DNA from: Hydrurus foetidus
Taxonomy: Eukaryota
DNA: 64,000 nt
Assembly: GCA_900617105.1 (NCBI GenBank)
Contig: UYFQ01000001.1
Span: 3,534,001-3,598,000, forward strand
Direction: 5' to 3'
The translations under genes were made by a program, and so were the position numbers. Shown here in pieces: positions 40,590-50,202 of this stretch; the stretch's first letter is position 1; each line of letters starts with the position of its first letter. A model generated the notes under the pieces. It had not been told where the DNA came from. It was given only the letters and a program-made list of their open reading frames with translations, and did no database searches.

Positions 40590-41765
40590 ATGGCACATCC
40601 ATCAAACGACGAGTCATTATTTCCCCACGCGGCAGCTCTGCATGAAAAGGCTGCCCGGTCGCGTCAACTGTGCCTTTTTATCGGCGATATTTCCCTGGGT
40701 GGCGGGACCGAGCGTGCCTGTGCCACGCTTGCAGAGACGATGGTAAGCGCCGGCTGGCAGGTCACCATTTTGAGCATGTACGCTGGCTCGCCCGCCTACT
40801 TCGATTTGCCTGCCATGGTCACCCTACGCCATGTGTGGTCAGGCAAGGTTCGAATGCGCTGGCGAGTCGCACAAACCGTCTGGCGCATGCGGCGGTTTTT
40901 AAAGCAAAACACTTTTAACGCCTGGGTCGACGCTGAAACGTCGCTGACGGCGTACAGCACGTTGGCGCTGGCTGGCAGCGCGATACGACACGTCGCCTGG
41001 GAAAACTTTCACCTCCGGGCAGATCTGGGCAGTTGCATGCGGCGGCTTGGCCGCTATTGCGCGGTGCATTGGGCCGATCAAGTGGTTCTGCTGACCCTGG
41101 CTGACCAGCGGGACTGGCGCGCACATTTTGGAAACCTCGCCAAATTGGTGGTCGTGCCGCACTGCATACAAACTCAGGGGCCAGCGCCATTACCTGATTC
41201 GCAAAGAGATCGGGTCGTTCTGGCTATTGGGCGTTTGTGCCAACAAAAGGGTTTTGACCTGCTGTTGCAGAGTTGGGCGATCATTGCATCCAAACACCCC
41301 AGCTGGGTAATGCGGATAGTGGGGTCAGGTGAAGAGCGGGACGCGCTGAAGACTCTAACCATAGAGCTTGGCCTGGACCATTGCGTGCAGTGGACTCCTG
41401 CCACACCAGCGGTTTTTTCGCACTATGCATCAGCCCGTATTTACGCGCTGAGTTCCCGATTTGAAGGGTTCGGTCTGGTGCTGATCGAGGCCATGGCACA
41501 AGGGTTGCCAATCGTCGCCTTCGATTGCCGCTATGGTCCGGCCGAAATTGTTCAGCAGGGCCAGACTGGCCAACTGGTACCGGCCGGTGACTTGAATGCA
41601 TTTGCAGCTGAGCTCGACCGACTGATTCGAGACGACGCATTGCGCCAGCGCATGGCACTCGCCAGCTATGCGGCCTGTTACCCGTATCGCAAAGGCGGCA
41701 ATCAAGGGCAATGGTTGGCGGTTCTGGGAGGGCATGACCCCGTGGAGGTGCCAGTTGCCGCCTGA
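40590..41765 (+). CDS. Glycosyltransferase family 4
   Basis: GGTER, GRLCQQKGFD, SRFEGFGLVLIEAM. Confidence 0.92.
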   Translation: MAHPSNDESLFPHAAALHEKAARSRQLCLFIGDISLGGGTERACATLAETMVSAGWQVTILSMYAGSPAYFDLPAMVTLRHVWSGKVRMRWRVAQTVWRMRRFLKQNTFNAWVDAETSLTAYSTLALAGSAIRHVAWENFHLRADLGSCMRRLGRYCAVHWADQVVLLTLADQRDWRAHFGNLAKLVVVPHCIQTQGPAPLPDSQRDRVVLAIGRLCQQKGFDLLLQSWAIIASKHPSWVMRIVGSGEERDALKTLTIELGLDHCVQWTPATPAVFSHYASARIYALSSRFEGFGLVLIEAMAQGLPIVAFDCRYGPAEIVQQGQTGQLVPAGDLNAFAAELDRLIRDDALRQRMALASYAACYPYRKGGNQGQWLAVLGGHDPVEVPVAA

Positions 41766-41828
41766 TCGACACTGCTGGCAGATTTGGTTGCCTGATTCCG
41801 TTTCAGCTAAAACCGCTCCTCAGCAAAG

Positions 41829-41888
41829 TGCTCCTAAATTAGAAGCGTCTTACGCAAGATTTGATTGGGCTAGAGGCCTATTTAAGGG
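41829..41888 (+). repeat. Dispersed element, copy 11 (intergenic, EPS locus)
   Basis: GCTCC-N7-GAAGCGTCTTACGCAAGATTTGATTGGGCTAGAGGCC. Confidence 0.75.
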
Positions 41889-42080
41889 TTGGTTGGTGCG
41901 TCTTTGCGGAACCTTAACCTCCTGCCCCTACCTTTGGGTAGATGGCGCACGATTAAGAGCATCAGGTCGTGGGACTAAACTGAAGATAGAAGGTGAGTCA
42001 GCTTTTTCCTGGTTCGTTTTTGACCAGCATGAGCAACTGCACATCGTGCAAAGCATGACAGCAACCAGCGAAAGATATCC

Positions 42081-42386
42081 ATGCAATTTTCAGTCGATAT
42101 AGCGCCTTCAGCCGATCTTCGCAGGCGGCACCAAGCGCTGCGCAAAAAGTTTATAGCAGGTATTCCCAAGCGACTTCTGGACATTGAAATGGCCCCTTGC
42201 GCAACAGTCCGTGCACAACTGCTGCACCAGTTGACCGGAGCAGCACTCAGCTTTAAGGCCGACGCTCTGGGAAACCTTGCAAGAGCCAATGAAATTGCTC
42301 TTGTCGAAGATTTCAAAACCAATTGGCCTGCCTGCCTGGCGTTACTTCGTGCCGAACTCAGTAGGCTCGAATCCGAAGTTGCATAA
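42081..42386 (+). CDS. Stand-alone Hpt-domain protein
   Basis: Small helical protein with LHQLTGAALSF matching the Hpt H-x-L-x-G-x-A pattern. Confidence 0.6.
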   Translation: MQFSVDIAPSADLRRRHQALRKKFIAGIPKRLLDIEMAPCATVRAQLLHQLTGAALSFKADALGNLARANEIALVEDFKTNWPACLALLRAELSRLESEVA

Positions 42387-42468
42387 GTGTTCACGATGTT
42401 GTGACATTTTGATTGGTTATGGGTGCTTCAATTGTTTCACCGAGTCATAGCAGTAAGTGGAGAAACAA

Positions 42469-42807
42469 ATGGAACTCAAAACGGAAAAGCGGCCAGGCGG
42501 CATCCTTGTAGTACGCGTGCAGGTAGATCGTCTGAATGACTGCAATGTGCAAGACTTTCAGCAGACCATGGTCTCGCTGATGGATGAGCGCTATCAGGTT
42601 GTGCTGGATGTTGCAGCAGTGCGCTTTGTCGACAGTTGCGGCTTTGGCGCACTCTTGGCTTGCTTGCGCATGATCAAAAGCCGCTCTGGTGACCTGGCCT
42701 TGTGCTGTCTGACGGGTTCGCTGGGGGCGCTGTTTGCGTTGATGCGCATGCACCACGTCTTTGATGTCTATCCAAGCTGTGAAGAAGCGGTTGGTGCATT
42801 CTCCTGA
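42469..42807 (+). CDS. STAS-domain protein (anti-sigma factor antagonist-like)
   Basis: VVLDVAAVRFVDSCGFGAL, LFALMRMHHVF; GGAG RBS before ATG 42469. Confidence 0.9.
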   Translation: MELKTEKRPGGILVVRVQVDRLNDCNVQDFQQTMVSLMDERYQVVLDVAAVRFVDSCGFGALLACLRMIKSRSGDLALCCLTGSLGALFALMRMHHVFDVYPSCEEAVGAFS

Positions 42808-44077
42808 CATCTGCGAGCGCGACCTGCTTGGTCTGGCTTGTCGGCGGCCTGAATCTTTGCTCAATGACCAGCACTCCTTTTCTGACTGTCCTGAAGCACG
42901 TCCTGACCAGCTAGGGTGTCGCGCTACCAGCACGAACACTTCTGTGCGGGTCGTTGATGTCTGGATCAATGGGCGCTTTCTTACGCGGCCGACTACTGGC
43001 GTAGAGCGCGTCGCGCGGGGCCTTGTGTCGGCACTGGCAAAGCACTTTCTAGATACCGATGCCTCGCTGACTTGTGGTCAGACGACCCTGCGTTTTCGGA
43101 TTGCCGTTCCAGAAAAGTTTAAGGCCAAGGTCCCTTCCAGTATTGGTTGCATACCTGTTGTTGCCATGGGCGTCCATCAGGGGCACTTGTGGGAACAGAT
43201 GGATCTTGCCCGACTGCCCAAGGACGACTGGTTGATCAGTCTGTGTAACACGGGGCCGTTGCTACGACGAAATCATGGACTGATGTTCCACGATGCCCAA
43301 ATCTATGCAATACCTGCGAACTTCACCTGGAAGTTTCGCCTTTGGTATCGGGTCATGCTGAATGTGGGAGGTCGGCGTGCTGCCTTTTTGCTGACCAATT
43401 CTTGCTTCTCCCAAACTGAAATCGCGCGGTATACCGGGATACGTAGCGCCCGAATGACTGTGGTCTATCCTGGCTCCGACCATGTCCTGCCTGGTAAAAA
43501 AAGCGACTCGTGCCACGAAATAGATCGCGTGCTCAAGCGGCCTTTTGTGCTGGCCGTCTCCAGTGTCAATCCGAACAAGAACTTTGGTGCCGTCGTTCGT
43601 GCGCTTGAACTGATGGGACCGGACGCGCCCCAGTGTGTCGTGGTGGGGCCTTTGAATAGCAAGGTATTTGAAAGCGCCAAACTTGACATGGACAAAGTAA
43701 CTTACCTGGGTTTTGTGAGTGATGAGACACTCAGCCACCTGTATCAACATGCGCTTTGCCTTGTATTCCCCTCGCACTATGAAGGATTTGGCCTGCCGCC
43801 GATTGAAGCCATGCGCTCAGGTTGCCCAGTGGTAGTGAGTCAGTCGTCATGCCTGCCGGAAGTGTGTGGTGACGCGGCACTGTATTGCGACCCTTCAAAG
43901 CCGCAGACGCTCGCTGATGCTATCGCAAGCCTGGTCCACAGTCCCGCTCGGGTCGCCCTGTTTCGCGAGTTGGGCAAACAGCATGCCGGGCAATACACCT
44001 GGCACCGGGCAGCTGCACAGATGGTTGAGCGCCTCAAAATGGCGATCGATGTGGCAGACGAGGAGAAGCTGGCATGA
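42761..44077 (+). CDS. Glycosyltransferase family 4 (mannosyltransferase-like)
   Basis: INGRFL..TGVER, LWEQ, PNKN, FPSHYEGFGLPPIEAM; start uncertain, probably downstream of 42761. Confidence 0.9.
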   Translation: MMSIQAVKKRLVHSPDICERDLLGLACRRPESLLNDQHSFSDCPEARPDQLGCRATSTNTSVRVVDVWINGRFLTRPTTGVERVARGLVSALAKHFLDTDASLTCGQTTLRFRIAVPEKFKAKVPSSIGCIPVVAMGVHQGHLWEQMDLARLPKDDWLISLCNTGPLLRRNHGLMFHDAQIYAIPANFTWKFRLWYRVMLNVGGRRAAFLLTNSCFSQTEIARYTGIRSARMTVVYPGSDHVLPGKKSDSCHEIDRVLKRPFVLAVSSVNPNKNFGAVVRALELMGPDAPQCVVVGPLNSKVFESAKLDMDKVTYLGFVSDETLSHLYQHALCLVFPSHYEGFGLPPIEAMRSGCPVVVSQSSCLPEVCGDAALYCDPSKPQTLADAIASLVHSPARVALFRELGKQHAGQYTWHRAAAQMVERLKMAIDVADEEKLA

Positions 44078-45231
44078 GCAAGCCCTTGAAAGTCGCAATC
44101 GTCCACGACTGGCTGGTTATATATGGCGGAGCTGAGCGGGTGCTGGAGCAACTGCTTCACATTTATCCCCATGCCGACCTTTATTCGTTGATCGATTTCG
44201 TGCCGAAGGAACAACGGCATTTTTTGCAGGGAAAAACGCCGATCACCAGCTTTTTGCAAAAAATCCCGGGTGCTGCCCGTCATTACCGCAAAATGCTGCC
44301 GTTGATGCCGTATGCCATCGAGCAGTTTGACTTGTCCTCTTATGACTTGGTGGTTTCCAGCAGTTACTGTGTTGCAAAAGGTGTGTTAACTGGGCCAAAT
44401 CAGGTTCATGTGAGTTACTGCCATTCGCCCATGCGGTACGCATGGGACCATTACTTTGAGTACCTCAGAGAGATGCACCTCACATCGGGTCTCAAGGGTT
44501 TGTTTGCTCGCTGGCAACTTCACCGTATCCGGACATGGGACGTTCGATCAAGCAATAGTGTGGATCTTTTTGTCGCGAATTCCCGTTTCGTAGCGCGCCG
44601 CATTTCCAAGTTTTACGGTCGAACCAGTGAGGTCGTCTTCCCGCCCGTGGATACTCAACTTTTTTCATTGCAGGAAAAAAAGCAGGATTACTTTGTGGCG
44701 GCTGGACGATTTGTGCCCTTTAAGCGCCTGGATTTGGTGGCAGAGGCTTTCTCCAGCATGCCGGACCGTAAACTGGTCATGATCGGCGATGGTCCGGAAA
44801 TGGCAAAAATCCGCAGTAAAGCAGGTCCGAACGTTGAATTTTTGGGTTACCAGCCCGCATCAGTAGTGCGAGAGTACTTGGCAAATGCCAAAGCTTTCAT
44901 CTTTCCTTCTGAAGAAGATTTCGGAATCGTGCCCGTTGAAGCGCAGGCTTGTGGTACGCCAGTATTGGCATTCGGTCGTGGTGGCGCACTTGAGACAGTA
45001 AGGCCCATCGGCGGTGCTTTTTCGCCCACGGGCTTGTTTTTTCATGAGCAATCAGCCTCGGCTATCTGTGCGGCAATCAGGGATTTTGAGGCATCCATTG
45101 GCATGTTCGATCCGGTCGCAATTTGTCAGCACGCACAGTCCTTTTCCATTGAAAACTTTAAAGTGGAATTTACAATTCAGGTTAACAAGGCGCTGGATCG
45201 TTATGCGCCCACATGGGTAGATCGGACATGA
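44074..45231 (+). CDS. Glycosyltransferase family 4 (WbaZ-like)
   Basis: IVHDWL..GGAERVL, YCHSPMRYAWD, EEDFGIVPVEAQACG. Confidence 0.92.
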   Translation: MSKPLKVAIVHDWLVIYGGAERVLEQLLHIYPHADLYSLIDFVPKEQRHFLQGKTPITSFLQKIPGAARHYRKMLPLMPYAIEQFDLSSYDLVVSSSYCVAKGVLTGPNQVHVSYCHSPMRYAWDHYFEYLREMHLTSGLKGLFARWQLHRIRTWDVRSSNSVDLFVANSRFVARRISKFYGRTSEVVFPPVDTQLFSLQEKKQDYFVAAGRFVPFKRLDLVAEAFSSMPDRKLVMIGDGPEMAKIRSKAGPNVEFLGYQPASVVREYLANAKAFIFPSEEDFGIVPVEAQACGTPVLAFGRGGALETVRPIGGAFSPTGLFFHEQSASAICAAIRDFEASIGMFDPVAICQHAQSFSIENFKVEFTIQVNKALDRYAPTWVDRT

Positions 45232-47702
45232 TGGCGAACTTAGGCATGGCTTTTCACTTCTTTTTGGCTCTTTTGCAAAGTCACCTGTTTGCGCCTTCAA
45301 AACGTGAACCTTCGACCGTTGGCGCATCAAGCACCTGCCGAAGCCGAATTGAACTAAATTTATTGTTTTGTGTGGTGACGGCAACGCTGTTTGTCGGGCC
45401 GGCCCTTGCACAGGGCGACATGCAGCCCATTCAATCTACGGCTAACCGAATTCTCGAAGCGCCAGTACCGGGTGACTTGTCAAAAGACAACCGGGTGTTT
45501 TCACCATCCAGAATTTTTGGCAAGCAACCTGTGGGTGGTGTCGGTTTTGATTTGCGTGAGAAAGCGGCTTCTGTACCGTCGCCTCAATTAAAGCTTTCAA
45601 CCACGGTTGAGACCAAAATTGAAAATAAAACAACCAACTATGTGGGGTCTGGTGGCGCGCCGGGGGGCGAAGCCCACGAGCCCTCGCCGCCAGCGCGCCC
45701 ACCTGCACCGGTTTTTGGCTTTGAATTTGCTGACTTTGTACGTCAATCCCTGGGTACACCTTTATCCGTTTTTGGAGCTGATTTGTTCGCGGATGCCTCG
45801 CGCAGCAATTCAATTGATCCCCTGACAGTACCTGCAGACTATCGGATTGGGCCTGGCGATGAGCTTTTAATTCGTGCCTGGGGTCAGATTGATATCGACT
45901 TTCAAGGGCAGGTGGACAGGTCCGGCAATATATTCTTGCCGAAGATCGGACAGGTCATGGTGGCGGGCATGCCAGTCAAGGATCTGGCAGACCACTTGCG
46001 CATCACGATTCAGAAGCAGTTTAAAAACTTTGAACTCACAGCTACGCTTGGCAGCCTCAGGCAGATTCAGTACTACGTCATGGGGTTCGTCAAACAGCCT
46101 GGTGTCTATGCCGCTGCATCCACGTCGAGTGCCCTGCATGGCCTCATGACAGCCGGCGGTGTACTGCCGTACGCAGATTTGCGAAATATCGAATTGCGTC
46201 GCGGTGGAGTCGTCATTGCCCATATTGATGCATACCGCTTCCTGATTGACGGCGATCGCTCCAATGACCCCCAGCTATTGCCAGGGGATGTGATTTATGT
46301 GCCCACTGGCAAGGCCTTTGCCGGCGTGGCTGGAGGCGTTCGGCGTGCGGCTATTTATCACCTAAAACCCGACACGACGCTTAACGACCTCCTGAAAGCA
46401 TCAGGTGGCCTGAGCTTTTCTGAGGCCAAACCATCCCTGCGTGTCGAGCGGGTTGAGGCGGGTCGTCGAGTGATTGAACACCTGACTTATGACGCCAACA
46501 TGGGCCAGCGTCTGGTGCGTGACGGCGAGCTGTACATGGTGTTGCCCGTATCGCCACGCATAGTAAACGCAGTCACCTTACGCGGTCATGTGGCAGCGCC
46601 AATGAGACAAGCGTGGACGCCTGGCATGAAGGTGTCTGACCTGCTCGGATCCCGTGACAATCTGGTTCGACTGGCAAACTGGGTACAAAAAAACGAACGT
46701 GAAACCTTGTCCAAACTTGGCGGTGCTGGACGGGACAACGACTTCAAGCGCGATTTTCCTGATGTGGAGTGGGACTACGCAGCGATAGAGCGTATTGATC
46801 CGGTCGCACTGGCTGCCTCGATCAAAACCTTCAGCCTCATCAAGGCAATGGACAAGGATCCTGCTGAAGATCTGCTGTTGCAACCCGGGGATACGGTTGT
46901 GGTGTTTGCGCGTTCGGATTTTCGCCAACCCCAGGTCAAGAAGCTGAAAATGGTTCGCATGGAAGGCGAGGTCAAAGTGCCGGGTGTGTATCCCGTCGAG
47001 TCTGGAGAAACGTTGACTCAAGCACTGGACCGTGCGGGTGGGTTGACCGATCAGGCCTATGTGTTTGGCACTGTGTTTACCCGGCTTAGTGCGCGCCGCA
47101 GTGAGGAAGAGCGGCTGAAGCAGGCTGCGGATCGAGTGGAACAGGATTATTTGCGTTACCTGGCTGGGCGGGCCCGAAACTCTGTGAGCCCGGAAGAAGC
47201 GACGGTCAGCTCCTCTGAAATGGAGGCCGTGCGTTCGCTGATTAGCCGTTTGCGCGCAGTGCAGGCGGTCGGACGGATCCCGTTGGGCGTGCCATCGTCC
47301 AAGCACACGCAGGCGGCTTATCCAGGCCTGACACTTGAAGATGACGATGCGATTTTCATACCCCATCGTCCGTCCACCGTCACTATTGTTGGAGCAGTAT
47401 TTCAGGAGGGCTCACTTTTGTGGACGCCTGAAGGCAACGTGTCCTCGTATGTTGACGGTGCAGGGGGACTACGACCACATGCCAGCAGCTCTGGCATGGT
47501 CATCATCCGTGCGGATGGCACAGTCAGTAAGGCTGGCGGTTGGCTCAGCGCAGGCCATGCGGTGAATCCAGGCGACACCATCTTTGTGCCGGAGGATGTC
47601 AGCTCCGTCGGGTGGACCCGGCTGTTTCGTGATTGGAGTCAGATTTTTTATCAACTGGGTTTGGGTACCGCAGCGCTAAAGATTTTAAAGACAGGCCTAT
47701 GA
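45228..47702 (+). CDS. Polysaccharide export protein with multiple SLBB domains (Wza/KpsD-like)
   Basis: DYRIGPGDEL, VDRSGNIFLPKIG, repeated GxVxxPG / L.PGD.I.VP SLBB units, C-terminal amphipathic helix. Confidence 0.9.
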   Translation: MMANLGMAFHFFLALLQSHLFAPSKREPSTVGASSTCRSRIELNLLFCVVTATLFVGPALAQGDMQPIQSTANRILEAPVPGDLSKDNRVFSPSRIFGKQPVGGVGFDLREKAASVPSPQLKLSTTVETKIENKTTNYVGSGGAPGGEAHEPSPPARPPAPVFGFEFADFVRQSLGTPLSVFGADLFADASRSNSIDPLTVPADYRIGPGDELLIRAWGQIDIDFQGQVDRSGNIFLPKIGQVMVAGMPVKDLADHLRITIQKQFKNFELTATLGSLRQIQYYVMGFVKQPGVYAAASTSSALHGLMTAGGVLPYADLRNIELRRGGVVIAHIDAYRFLIDGDRSNDPQLLPGDVIYVPTGKAFAGVAGGVRRAAIYHLKPDTTLNDLLKASGGLSFSEAKPSLRVERVEAGRRVIEHLTYDANMGQRLVRDGELYMVLPVSPRIVNAVTLRGHVAAPMRQAWTPGMKVSDLLGSRDNLVRLANWVQKNERETLSKLGGAGRDNDFKRDFPDVEWDYAAIERIDPVALAASIKTFSLIKAMDKDPAEDLLLQPGDTVVVFARSDFRQPQVKKLKMVRMEGEVKVPGVYPVESGETLTQALDRAGGLTDQAYVFGTVFTRLSARRSEEERLKQAADRVEQDYLRYLAGRARNSVSPEEATVSSSEMEAVRSLISRLRAVQAVGRIPLGVPSSKHTQAAYPGLTLEDDDAIFIPHRPSTVTIVGAVFQEGSLLWTPEGNVSSYVDGAGGLRPHASSSGMVIIRADGTVSKAGGWLSAGHAVNPGDTIFVPEDVSSVGWTRLFRDWSQIFYQLGLGTAALKILKTGL

Positions 47703-48958
47703 GCGTTCCAGCTGTCGGTCTGTCTAACATCCTGATGCGGTTGGTGCGCTACAGGCTGTGGCTGGTGGTGCTTCCTCTGGCGCTGGGTCTGGCAACGGGA
47801 ATTTATTCAAAGTTGCAATGGCCTGTATTCACGGCGTATGCACGGCTATTGCCGCCGCAGACCAATGCGTCCAGTGCAACCGCCCTGCTCAATCAGGTCG
47901 GTGGTGGTGCTGCGGTCGGAGCGGCTGCCCTCACATTGAAAAACCCGTCAGACCTCTACGCCAGTATGCTTCTTAGCCGCACAGTGCAGGATGACGCGAT
48001 TGCACGGTTCAAGTTACAAGCACATTACAGCATTGACGACATTGATCTGGCCCGCGTCGAGGTTGCCAAGCGTACCAAGGTCGAGGTCGGCAAGGACGGA
48101 ATCATCACGCTTTCCTACACAGACAAAACAGGCTTGATGGCAGCTGATGTAGCCAATGGGTTGATTGACGCCATGTACCGGGTTGCGAGCCGACTGGCGC
48201 GTCAAGATGATGCCCGGCGAATGGCGTTTTATGACCGTTTGATCGAGGAAGCCCGTCAGACGCAGGAGGCTGCAGACCTCAAATTGCTGGAGGTTGAGGT
48301 CAAAACTGGCTTGACCAGAATGAAAGGTCAAGAAGAAAGCAGCACTGCCGCCATGGTGGAGTTGCGCGGCATGATCGCCACGCGTGAAGTAGAGTTAGCC
48401 AAGTCCAGCGTCACGGCCACGGCGCGCCACCCTGAAATGGTACGTCTGCAGTCGGAGTTGACTGGGCTAAGAGCGCAGCTGGGGCGACTCGAACCCCGCG
48501 TATCTGGCAAGTCCGGGCTGCCCGATGACGGCGTCAAGAAATTTGAGCAGGCGCGTCGGGACAAGAATCTCTTCTTACCCTTTGGTGACTATGCCCAACG
48601 CCGCGCTTTGGTCGAGCCTGCCCGTCGCGATGTGGAAAACGCTCAAAATGTTATCGCCCAACTCGTCAAGGCACGAGAGTTCTCTCGTGGTGACGATACG
48701 CGTGATCTGTCCGTCATGCAGATTCTTGATGAGGCGGTGGCACCTACTCGCAAGTCAGGTCCAAAGGTTGTTTTCAATGCGGTTGCTGCAACCATCGTGG
48801 GCTTCTTTTTTGCAGTCATGGCCGCTCTGGTCTGGGACGTCCTCTTTACCGACATGGATCGTCGCCAGCGTTGGCGTCTGGTCGCGATGAGCGTCTTGCA
48901 TTTTCGGTCTAAGCGGAATTCGGTGCCTTATCCGACACCGAATTCGCCCTCCCCATGA
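47699..48958 (+). CDS. Polysaccharide co-polymerase / chain-length determinant (Wzz/GumC-like, no kinase domain)
   Basis: Two TM helices, LLPPQ, periplasmic coiled coil, ILDEAVAPTRKSGPK; ATG 47699 overlaps upstream TGA. Confidence 0.87.
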   Translation: MSVPAVGLSNILMRLVRYRLWLVVLPLALGLATGIYSKLQWPVFTAYARLLPPQTNASSATALLNQVGGGAAVGAAALTLKNPSDLYASMLLSRTVQDDAIARFKLQAHYSIDDIDLARVEVAKRTKVEVGKDGIITLSYTDKTGLMAADVANGLIDAMYRVASRLARQDDARRMAFYDRLIEEARQTQEAADLKLLEVEVKTGLTRMKGQEESSTAAMVELRGMIATREVELAKSSVTATARHPEMVRLQSELTGLRAQLGRLEPRVSGKSGLPDDGVKKFEQARRDKNLFLPFGDYAQRRALVEPARRDVENAQNVIAQLVKAREFSRGDDTRDLSVMQILDEAVAPTRKSGPKVVFNAVAATIVGFFFAVMAALVWDVLFTDMDRRQRWRLVAMSVLHFRSKRNSVPYPTPNSPSP

Positions 48959-50202
48959 GTCGCCCGGTAAGCGAAGCTCGCCGAGTGGCTGTTTCAGCCA
49001 CTATGTTGGCAATCTTCCAGATATTGAGCATGTTGTTGCCTTTGCTGACGTTGCCAGTGCTTGCGCGCACGCTTGGTGTTGAACTGTTTGGGCAAATCAT
49101 GCTAGCCCAGTTTGTGGTGCTGTTTGGGGTGGTATTTATCGATTCAGGCTTCAATGTTGAATCTCAGCGCAAGGTGGCTGTGGCAACCGATGATCATGGT
49201 CGTCTGCAGGTGCTACTTGACAACCTGATGGCGCGCACGTTGCTGGCCTGTGTAGTGATCCTGGCCATTCTGGGAGTGGGTGTTTTGACGCCTGGACTGC
49301 CGATGTGGATGGTGGGAATCGCGTTGCTGCATCTTGCAGGGACATTATTGTTCCCCCAGTGGTGGTTTATTGCGCGTGAGGAAGGTTTGCGCATGGGGCT
49401 GGCCAGTACGGCCGGACGTTTAGTTAGCGCCGGTTTGATTTTGTGGCTGGTGCGCTCACCCTCGGACGCAGGTATTGCTCTGCTGGCGGCATCCAGCGCT
49501 ACCTTATTGTCGGGTTTGATGGTTTTACCCGGGCTCTGGCAGGCGATGCGGGCCCATGCGGATGCGCTTGACTGGCATGGTTATCGTGGGTTCATGCGTT
49601 CGGTACGACCTATGATTTTGTCTGGCTTTGTTGCCAGTAGTGCGCAAAGCGTACCCACGGTTGTCTTGGGTTGGGTGAGCGGTCCGATGCAGGTCGGCCT
49701 GTTCAGTGCGGCTGAACGATTGACCCGCGCGGGTGGTCACGTTTCAGGGATCATGGGATTGTCGTTGCTCAATGTCGCAGCCCGGATGCATCGCGACGGT
49801 CACCATGACATGCAGCAAACCGGGCGCTGGGTGCTGAAGTGGACGGCGGGCATGTGCCTGGCGGGCTCATTGCTGCTGGCGCTGCTCGCGGAGACAGTGG
49901 TCCGGTTGTTGTATGGCGCGCATTTTGTGAACAGCGTGCTGGTGCTTCAGGTGCTGGCCATGTGGTTGGGGCTCTACGTGTTTCGCGGTATTTGGTTGAT
50001 GCTGCATTGGCGAGCCCGCGGTTTGTTGACGCAGGTATCCCGGATTCAATGGCAAGAGGGAATGAGTGTGTTTGTTGTGTCTCTTCTGGGCGGTTGGTTG
50101 TTGGGCGCAAAAGGTGTGGCGGCGGGGTTGGTTGTAAGCGAATTGGGATTGCTGCTGCGCCTGTATTTGTTTTATCGACAAACGTCTGGAGCAAAGTCTT
50201 GA
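48955..50202 (+). CDS. wzx: Oligosaccharide flippase
   Basis: Many TM helices; LPLLTLPVLARTLGVELFG, DSGFN, VGLFSAAERL. Confidence 0.87.
   Translation: MSRPVSEARRVAVSATMLAIFQILSMLLPLLTLPVLARTLGVELFGQIMLAQFVVLFGVVFIDSGFNVESQRKVAVATDDHGRLQVLLDNLMARTLLACVVILAILGVGVLTPGLPMWMVGIALLHLAGTLLFPQWWFIAREEGLRMGLASTAGRLVSAGLILWLVRSPSDAGIALLAASSATLLSGLMVLPGLWQAMRAHADALDWHGYRGFMRSVRPMILSGFVASSAQSVPTVVLGWVSGPMQVGLFSAAERLTRAGGHVSGIMGLSLLNVAARMHRDGHHDMQQTGRWVLKWTAGMCLAGSLLLALLAETVVRLLYGAHFVNSVLVLQVLAMWLGLYVFRGIWLMLHWRARGLLTQVSRIQWQEGMSVFVVSLLGGWLLGAKGVAAGLVVSELGLLLRLYLFYRQTSGAKS

Noticed and set aside
41892..41910. TGGTGCGTCTTTGC as a sigma54 promoter
   Set aside because: GG-to-GC spacing is 9, not the required 10; no sigma54 activator in the window
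49839..50198. N-terminal extension of the 535-aa glycosyltransferase ORF
   Set aside because: Overlaps wzx; TTG at 50199 gives a typical MKI start coupled to the wzx stop
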